Assembly: GCA_951406725.2 (NCBI GenBank)
Contig: OX597815.1
Span: forward strand, 60,264,001 to 60,328,000
Source: Octopus vulgaris
Taxonomy: Eukaryota
Length of the DNA: 64,000 nucleotides
Direction: 5' to 3'
Part shown: piece after piece, positions 55,180 to 64,000 of the stretch
How positions within the stretch are numbered: position 1 is the first letter of the stretch
Layout: each line of letters opens with the position of its first letter
Notes under the pieces: model-generated
What the model was told of the DNA's origin: nothing
Seen by the model: only the letters and a program-made list of their open reading frames with translations
Database searches by the model: none
Translations under genes and position numbers: made by a program

Positions 55180-55400
55180 TACTCTAATATAGCAACCATG
55201 TCAGCATAAATGTCCTTGGGGGCCAAATCCTTTTTAAGCAGGTACTTGATAACACCACCTTGCCAGATTTTGTCCAGGAAATAAAAACAATGCAGTTATT
55301 AATAAAATGTGTTAAAATTAATGCTTGCAAAACTTCACAACTTTAGCATTACTCTTTCATAGTCACCGTATGAATTTCAGCCCTCCCAATTCCCTAGATG
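55180..55400 (-). mobile_element. Mariner 5' fragment
   Basis: VIKYLLKK.LAPKDIYADMV resembles a mariner N-terminal HTH. Confidence 0.55.
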
Positions 55401-55981
55401 ATTAAAACCAGTTAAAATTGTGATACATAAGAACCATAATAGAGATATTGTGACACAGCTGTTTTTGTCACACACCGATTATATTAATAGATATCACATC
55501 GCTGCAGTAACGAATTATTGTAAGCTATCATAACACTGTAAGAGAGTAACACAGCTAATGTAACAAAGCCATTGTGACACAGTTATATTAATACAACTAA
55601 AGTAATATTGTTGCATTAGTACATGTCACATAGTTATACAGAGTCACAATCATATCGCGATGACTGTGACACAACAAAAGTTAATAGTACTACGTCACAT
55701 TGTTACAGTCACGTAATTATTTACAGAAAATAAACAGAAACCAACCACTACCACCACCACCACCACCACCACCACCACCACAGCTATGAATGGAATGTAA
55801 ATTAATGAATTTGATCTAATTAAGGGAATACTATCTAAAGACGGCGTTGAAAAAACAACTTAAACACCACCACCACCAACTCACACATCCCGACAAGCCA
55901 ACAACATTCACTCCCACCAACATCAAAAACATCACCGACAACATCACCATCAACACCACCACCACCACCAACATCATCATC

Positions 55982-56072
<91 letters not shown>

Positions 56073-56453
56073 CCATCAAAATCATAATTATCACCGCCGT
56101 CGTCATTCTCTCATCATTAAGCACCAACACTGGTAAGAGCAGAATCACATCCAGTATGACCACACCATTACTCTTACCCCTCACCAATTACCACTGTCAT
56201 ATTTCATATTCACTACACCTCGACTGCACTTTTAGGCCCCCGCCTCGTTCCACCACCACCGCCACATCGCCACTACCACACACCATAATCCCTGAACAAA
56301 ACAAAATAAAATGAAACACCCATCTCTCCACACAAACACTTACGCTCCCTACCACCCACTTCAGTACCACCACCACCACTTCAACAACACAATTAGATAA
56401 ACATCACCGCCATCACCGCCAACGACGGTATATACTTATACTGTATATTCATA

Positions 56454-56497
<44 letters not shown>

Positions 56498-56523
56498 TAT
56501 ATATATATACATAAATACACACA

Positions 56524-56626
<103 letters not shown>

Positions 56627-56972
56627 GTGTGTGTATACATATATATATCTGCCTATGTGGATATACACAAACACAGGCAAACATATACATATCTATGTAC
56701 CAAGATGAGCATGTACAACCGAATTGTATCCGTCTTACCTGAAATCACCATTAGCCACTATCACCACAGCCACCGCAAACACAACAGCTACAGCTTCGCT
56801 ACGAGCAACACTACAGCCAATACCACTATAATCATGAATAGAACCACCAGTCCGTAGTTTCTACTTTTAGTTAAATATATCGACCCCAATTCTTTGTAAG
56901 CCTAGTAATTATTTGCCGAACCGCTATATTTCGAGGAGGTAAACACACCAACAACAAACAAGCACCGACACA

Positions 56973-57040
<68 letters not shown>

Positions 57041-57092
57041 CACGCACACACACACATGTGTATGTATGTATGTATGTATGTATGTATGTATG

Positions 57093-57155
<63 letters not shown>

Positions 57156-57717
57156 ACTAATATAGGATAATGTTAATAAAATTAATAAATTTCACCTGGT
57201 AGTTTTTTCGGTATGGAAATGACCATATTCGGTAAGGATTATATATAATTATAATCAGCCCTTATATGTATCGAATACTAATACTCCCATACAATGAATC
57301 TGCGAAACTTCGTTTCGGTGGTACTGTTTTTGTAACTCACGTGGTGAAATTTTGGAGGGAGATACGAATTCGCATGTCTATATAAATGTGGAGATGCTGG
57401 CAGACCGTTATATCGTTCGATGTCGCCTGGTCAAATTAATATGATGGGTGAGTTTTTTCCTAGCATTTCTAGATTTATAGGAAATATTATGTTGATAAGG
57501 AAATGAATTTTCGATTCTAATCCAGAAACGAATTCGTCCATAATTGATCCAAGAAGGTTGTGATTTCGTTATCTTCTTTCTCTTTACCATATACGGGTTA
57601 CAAATTCTGTTTGTTTGTGGAGACTTATTTTTCTAGTAGTAGTAATGGTAACCTATTTGGCTGCTATTTCTAATATTTTCGGTATGTGGTTTAAGCAACT
57701 TGTTGCAATTAACTCTT

Positions 57718-57786
<69 letters not shown>

Positions 57787-58404
57787 AAGATGTGTGTATA
57801 TATATATGCACTCTTACGATCTTTTTACTCTTTCGTGTTTCTCTTTTATTCTCTCTTATTCTTTTACCTTCTCTTCTCCCACTATTCTATCGGATCACTC
57901 TGTCACTCTCTCTCCCTCACTCTTTCCCTCTTGCTTACGTGGCTCCCACGTGGCCACCGGCCAGCTTTCTTTCTTTCCGTTGTAGTTGGAACAGGGAAGA
58001 TGTGTTCTCTCCTGTCATAGCTTGATTTACGCGTTCGCCACACCACAACCTCGTTTAGGTTTAGCAGCCCTTCATGTTTGTTTGTTTTCACTGTCCTGTT
58101 TGTGTTATCTATTTTGATCCTCTGCAAAATCCCAAATTTTGTTTAATTTGCTTTGCGGGAGCAATAGTTTTATCGAAAGCGTATAATGTTCGAAATTCGA
58201 AACTAGAAAAAGAAGCTAACAACTGATGAAGGGTCATTCATTATGTTATTTGTCTTGTTTTCCATTTGTGTCTTTTGTTGTTCGAAAGAATAGTTCATGT
58301 TACATGTACTCGTGCTTCGTACTTTTTTGTTGTACACGTTTCATGACGTTCTGTGCCCACATATGCTTATATATATATATGCGTGTAGATGTATGTGCAT
58401 ATAT

Positions 58405-58477
<73 letters not shown>

Positions 58478-58886
58478 TATATATATTGTATATGAATATA
58501 TATAATATATATTGTATATATGAATATATACATATATACACCCCCCACACTTTATATATATATATATATATATACACTGTAGAAAAGTAGAAAATGTATT
58601 CCAACCAGCATTCGGCACGTCGAGTCATTCCCGAAAATCTCCTCATCCATCATTTCTTAAGACTCTACGTTAAGTTTCAATGACGAGTCACACCAGCATT
58701 AGCAGCAGCAATGGTATCATCTCTGTCAATCTACGGAAAGTGAATAACAAACGCTCACACACACTCACATACGTTTGAATGTTTGTCTGTGTATCATGTG
58801 TGTATATGTGTGTGTTTGTGTGTGCGTGCGTACACCTATACATGTGTGTATATATGTATACGCATATATATATATATATATACGTC

Positions 58887-58947
<61 letters not shown>

Positions 58948-58949
58948 GT

Positions 58950-59009
<60 letters not shown>

Positions 59010-59371
59010 CGAGAGAGAGATACATCCACACAAATTGAATGTTTAAATTAGGAAACCAACTCGAAGCAATTTCGATGTTATATCCTTAGCACCACGCCAT
59101 CTTTTCTCTGCTCGCCTCTTTATCACCTACCTCACACCCACACAGCCAACGAGTAGCCCCCGCTCTAGCTCCATCTCCTCGTCCTACTCCTCCTGCTCCT
59201 CCTACTCCTCCTACCAGCCACTACAACTCCCCTTTCTGTGCTTAACAACACCCGACAGCCCGCGCTGCATCTCACCCTCTCCGCTCTCTCTCATCATCAA
59301 CATCCGGCCACACCATCGCCGCCTCTACCTATGTTAATTATATTAATTAAATTCCGTTCATTCATTTTAAT

Positions 59372-59432
<61 letters not shown>

Positions 59433-59887
59433 GAAGAAGAAGACGACGAAGAAGAAATAGAGGAAGAAGAAAAGGAAGAAGGAAGCCCATTGAGTACGAG
59501 TGAATTATATATGAATTATGTATGTATGTATGTATGTATGTATGTATGTATGTATGTATGTATGTGTGTATGTATGTATGTATCTATCTATCTATCTATC
59601 TATCAATCTACATACAAACATGTAGACCTATAAGCATTCACATGCTTGTATACGGTTATAGTTATATACACACGCGCGTGCACACTCATATACACACACT
59701 TGATGGTATATGTATGTGTGCGTGTGTGTATATGTATGCATATGCACATTAAGATATACTGATGTTTACTGCGTAATGTCTAAAAAGTGTGCACATACAT
59801 ATACATTGCATGTATAGTGTTACCAATGAAAATATGCATTTTGTGTGTGTTTATATATATATATATATATATATATATCTTATACAC

Positions 59888-60320
59888 ACAAATATATAAT
59901 TATATAAGTATATTTATAGTAAGGGCACTAATAAATAGCACCACATGCTAGATATAGACGTCAAATGGCTCTAAAAACTACATGAAGTATTCCATTAGCA
60001 CGGGTTGAAAGCGATGAAACTGAACAAAGAAGATTTGTTTTTAAAAGGGTTAATTATAGATCGATTTCTAGTTTCGAGACATAAAATTCCTTTGCTTTCA
60101 TCAGTATAATATACCATATTTTACATTGATGCAAATATTTATACATAATTTATTCACCTCAAGCACATGTGTTTACGACCAAAAATAATACTGCGGTGGG
60201 TATAATAGTTGGAATAATTTATGTTTACATATAATTAAAGATAAAATCATTTTAATAATTTTATCAAGTAGCCAGCATGTAATAAAAACCATATCGGTAA
60301 CAATTAATACAAATATATAA
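59888..60320 (-). repeat. Hammerhead-bearing tandem monomer 1 (~430 bp)
   Basis: Direct repeat of 61885-62365. Confidence 0.88.
60052..60110 (-). ncRNA. Type I hammerhead ribozyme
   Basis: attata-CTGATGA-[stem II]-GAAA-TCGA-TC-tataat, with a 6-bp stem I and palindromic ATCGAT stem III. Confidence 0.72.
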
Positions 60321-60604
60321 TCTGTATATATAAAAGGCAGGATGTGCGTGTGTGTACGTGCATGTAGTTTATGCACATCCACAAATTAGCACGCATGTCG
60401 CTCAAATTTTAGGAGGACATTCGTCAAGATCCTAGCTGTAGTTTCGTCAAATTATTTTCCCCCGAAGCACCAGCGAATAGCGGTAAAAATATTTTTGAAC
60501 CATAACTTCTAACAATTTTCAAGTCGGAGAAATACGCCATCATTTGCAAATATGAGTTAAGTCCTCTTCTAGCGACGGTGTAAAGAGAGGGAGAGAGAGA
60601 AGGA

Positions 60605-60640
<36 letters not shown>

Positions 60641-60732
60641 AGATTTTTAAAATTTTGTCTTTTTACTGAGTGATTGAGAGGCAAAAACAGACAGACAGGG
60701 GTTGTTATGTATGTATGTGTTAATGGCTTCAG

Positions 60733-60796
<64 letters not shown>

Positions 60797-61884
60797 ACAT
60801 GTATACGTGCAAAATACATGTATACAATGTGTGTGTGTGTGTTGCCTGAGACACACACAGGTGTGTTGCCTGAGACACGCTCCTTCGCAAAGGATCAGCT
60901 ATTATTTTGTAAACAATGTTTCGAAACTTTTCATGTTTTCTGACTCTAACATCTCTGTGGGAGAAGGCAGGCCTCTCTATTCCTCTTACAAAACTTACGT
61001 CCGGGTGCAAAATTTGCTTCAATTGATGGTATTAGTCAGATAGGGTTGGGTGGGACAAGGGCCAGGGGAAAGGGTGTACATGTATGCAATAGGTGTATTA
61101 CGTATATGTTTGTGTGTGTGTGTGTGTATTGCCCATATATATATACTTAGTTGTGATCTGAACATAACCGCTTCTCATACAGAGGATCGGGGGCCCTTTT
61201 GGGCGTTCTATTTTCCTTGTTGGGAGGGTTCCTAACCCATGGGCAAAGGGAGGTTATATGATGGGGGTGGTGTTTTCAAAAGGGTTGGCATATGCAACCT
61301 GATCACATCTGCCGATCAAACTCCCAGCCCATGCGCTCCCGTCGCGACACTAATTCTGCAGAACTGGGTTGGGTATGAAAACCAACTTTAAAGTGTAAAT
61401 ATAGATGTTTTTGAATCAGCAATGTTGTGTTCGGTTAAATCCTATTTGGAGTGAAAAATCAATAAACTGATTCCTTATGGAGTTTTCTATTTAATCAGGA
61501 TTTTAAAAATCGATAAACCGATTCCTTATAGGACTTCCCATTAAAATTGGCTACACTCCATTTTCAACCATAACTTTTACCAGTTTTAAAGTATTTTGTT
61601 CAAACTTGATACCAGCATTACTTAGGATTCATTGGATCTTTGAATGCTTTAAGTTCTCCAAAAACGAAAAAAAAAATCGATTAGTGAAAAAAATCGATAA
61701 ACCGATTCCTTATGGGATCTCCCAATCAAATTGTCTGCAACTCATTTTCAGCCAAAAGTTTACCAATTTCAACGGATTTTGCTCAAATTTGACGTCGATG
61801 TTACTTAGTTTGGTTTGAAATAAAGAGCTTGATTAGCTTAATAATCCTATCTCAATCCCGAGCAAAGTCGGGCTATACTGCTAG
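60321..61884 (+). mobile_element. Non-autonomous Helitron
   Basis: A|TCtgtatatataaaag 5' end; cccga-gcaaag-tcggg hairpin and CTAG|T 3' end; no TSD; three internal aaaatc.ataaac.gattcctta repeats. Confidence 0.88.
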
Positions 61885-62512
61885 TTATATAAATATAATT
61901 ATAATAAGGGTACTAATAAATAGTACCACATGCTGACGCCAAATGGCTCTAAAAACTAGATCATGTACACCATTAGCACGGGCTGAAAGCGAGGACAGTG
62001 AACAAAGAAGATCCTTTTTTGAAAGGTTAATTATAGATCGATTTCTAGCTTAGAGATATAAAATCCTTTGGCTGTCATCAATATAATGTACCACTTCGAA
62101 CATAAATGCAAATATTTATACATACCCATACCAATAACACATATCCACACGCATATATGCAAATATTCACACGTATATACGAGCTAAATCTAATTTATTC
62201 ACCTCAACCACGTGTGATTAAGACCAAAAATACTAGCGCAGCGAATATGTTGGTCGGATAAATTTATATTTATATATAATTAAGGATAAAATCATTATAA
62301 AGATTTTATCAAGTAGCCAGCATATACTAAAAACCATATAGATAGCAATTAATACAAATATATAATAAAATAAATATAATTCCAATAAGAGTACTAATGA
62401 TTTTATCCTTAATTATATATAAATACAAATAACTCCGACAAATATATCCACTGCGGTATTACTTTTGGTCGTAAACATATTTGGTTGAGGTGAATAAGTT
62501 AGATTTAACTAG
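61885..62512 (-). repeat. Hammerhead-bearing monomer 2 (HHR at 62030-62088), start of monomer 3 and an inverted partial copy (62397-62510)
   Basis: attata-TTGATGA-cagc..gcta-GAAATCGATC-tataat. 62185-62297 is the reverse complement of 62397-62510. Confidence 0.85.
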
Positions 62513-62519
62513 TATAGAC

Positions 62520-63870
62520 AAGAAGTATATCTTCTCTATCACCCTTTTTTACGAATCAGGATAGTATTTAACGCTTTCCACAGTGAAGGTATGTTACCCT
62601 CATTCTGATGGCGATTGAAGCGTAAATTTTCTAGAGCTCTTCACTTCTGCATCTTAACATTTTTGTTCTGATGCCATCTTTCCCAGGATCTTTGTATGTT
62701 TTCATCAGTTTGAGGGCATTTTCAATTTCCTTAATCAGAATAGGTGACACTTCTTCCAGCATTTGTGGCGGCGTGGGATCGAGCTTCACTAGTGACTTAA
62801 AAAGTTTAGTGAAGAAGGCTTTGAATACCTCCTCCATCTCTTATTTGTCTTTCGCGAACCCATCTTTATTCTAAAGCGCCGTCATTTCTCTCTGACCTAT
62901 AGGATGTTAACCCTCTACTGCATCGTTTTAAAATTTTCCTTTCCTCTGCAGCCTGCATTGATTTCTTTAGTCTACAATACTTGAAGTCATTTCTTAGACA
63001 TTGTCTGATCGCTTTGCAGAGTACGAAATCCTCGAAGTGCTCTTTCATGTTCCTCTTCATCGTTTTTCGTTTCTCTAGCATTTTCTTCGTCTCGTTCCGG
63101 GGTTCTCTTACCAGGCTCCCGCTGGCTAACAATTTTTGCTTTCCATTGCAGCTTTTAATTTTCTGGACCAGTAAATTGTAGTGCACATCGAGCTCTTCAA
63201 GTTGACTTCAAATTTACTTTTTCATAATTTGCTGCAACTATTTCACATCAAAGGCCTTGATGCGTTGATTTTTTTTGAGATATGAGAGACATATTGTCTT
63301 TGACGTTATAGATCATAAACGTTACCCATAACAAGCGAGAGTCGAATGTTTAGCACTCAAATGCACGATGAAGGTAATTGGCATGAATCAATTTTCGAAG
63401 CCATTACTTTGCTTACGATGAGCCCTATACCATCTGTTGCTTTCGCTTCTTCCACTCTCACGATACTTCCCTCTGTGCATCTCATATTTATTTATTTCTT
63501 TCGACATGTTTCACACAGCCCTAGCTCATCACATTTGATTTTCTTTTTCCCTTCCATTAGATAGGTCATTCCAGTCCTTCCTGCTAAAGACTTAAAATTG
63601 TAACTACATACGGCAAAGGTTGTTATCCAATTCCTCAGGGGCCTATTTGTACAGGAAGTACTTAGCGGCCTCTGATCGCTCGAATTTCACCTGCATGATA
63701 CTGAGGACCATTTCCTCGCGTTGATGTAGCTTTTAAGATGAAACCAGGTGGCTAGGCAAGCAAGCCATTTATTACCTCTTTAGTTTAGCTAGTTTTTAAT
63801 CTCTAATGTATAGACTACGTGCTCGCTTCCGCGAGGCAGTCTTTCCGTACGGCCAGTAGTCCGGTAGTTG
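62520..63870 (-). mobile_element. Decayed RTE-clade LINE: 5' region, AP endonuclease remnants and RT start
   Basis: F.AFFTKLF..PILIKEIENALKLMK..KDPGKDGI..ML is an RTE-like pre-RT segment. Confidence 0.75.
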
Positions 63871-64000
63871 TTTCAATTAATACTCAGTAAATATTAAGTA
63901 AATATTAGATTTATATTTATATGACCTAAGCATATCTTCAGAGGGAAAAAAAATGTACCTTTGGGTGAGTTATATGCGTTTATGGATTCATTATAGCAGA

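Overview
AT-rich, extremely microsatellite-dense animal genomic DNA. The SINE, LINE and simple-repeat content points to a cephalopod, probably Octopus (inference). I found no credible host protein-coding gene: nearly all listed ORFs are translations of (TA)n, (CA)n, (TAA)n or (GAT)n tracts. The window is a nest of mobile elements. These include tRNA-derived SINEs, R4/Dong-type RLE LINEs in (TAA)n tracts, one young CR1-like LINE with an open 469-aa RT ORF, Tx1/L1 and RTE fragments, mariners, three Helitrons (one with PIF1 helicase remnants) and four Penelope-like (PLE) fragments. The most striking signal is a set of at least five unrelated ORF-less fold-back (inverted-repeat) elements plus one tandem array. 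Each carries type I hammerhead-ribozyme (HHR) motifs, and all have the same head-to-head polarity next to simple repeats, which resembles PLE pLTRs or retrozymes. Also notable are an in-frame TGA at a conserved Cys of a Naiad-type PLE (possible selenocysteine) and a near-perfect 415-bp inverted templated copy joining two broken retroelements. All folds and alignments were done by eye, and coordinates are approximate.
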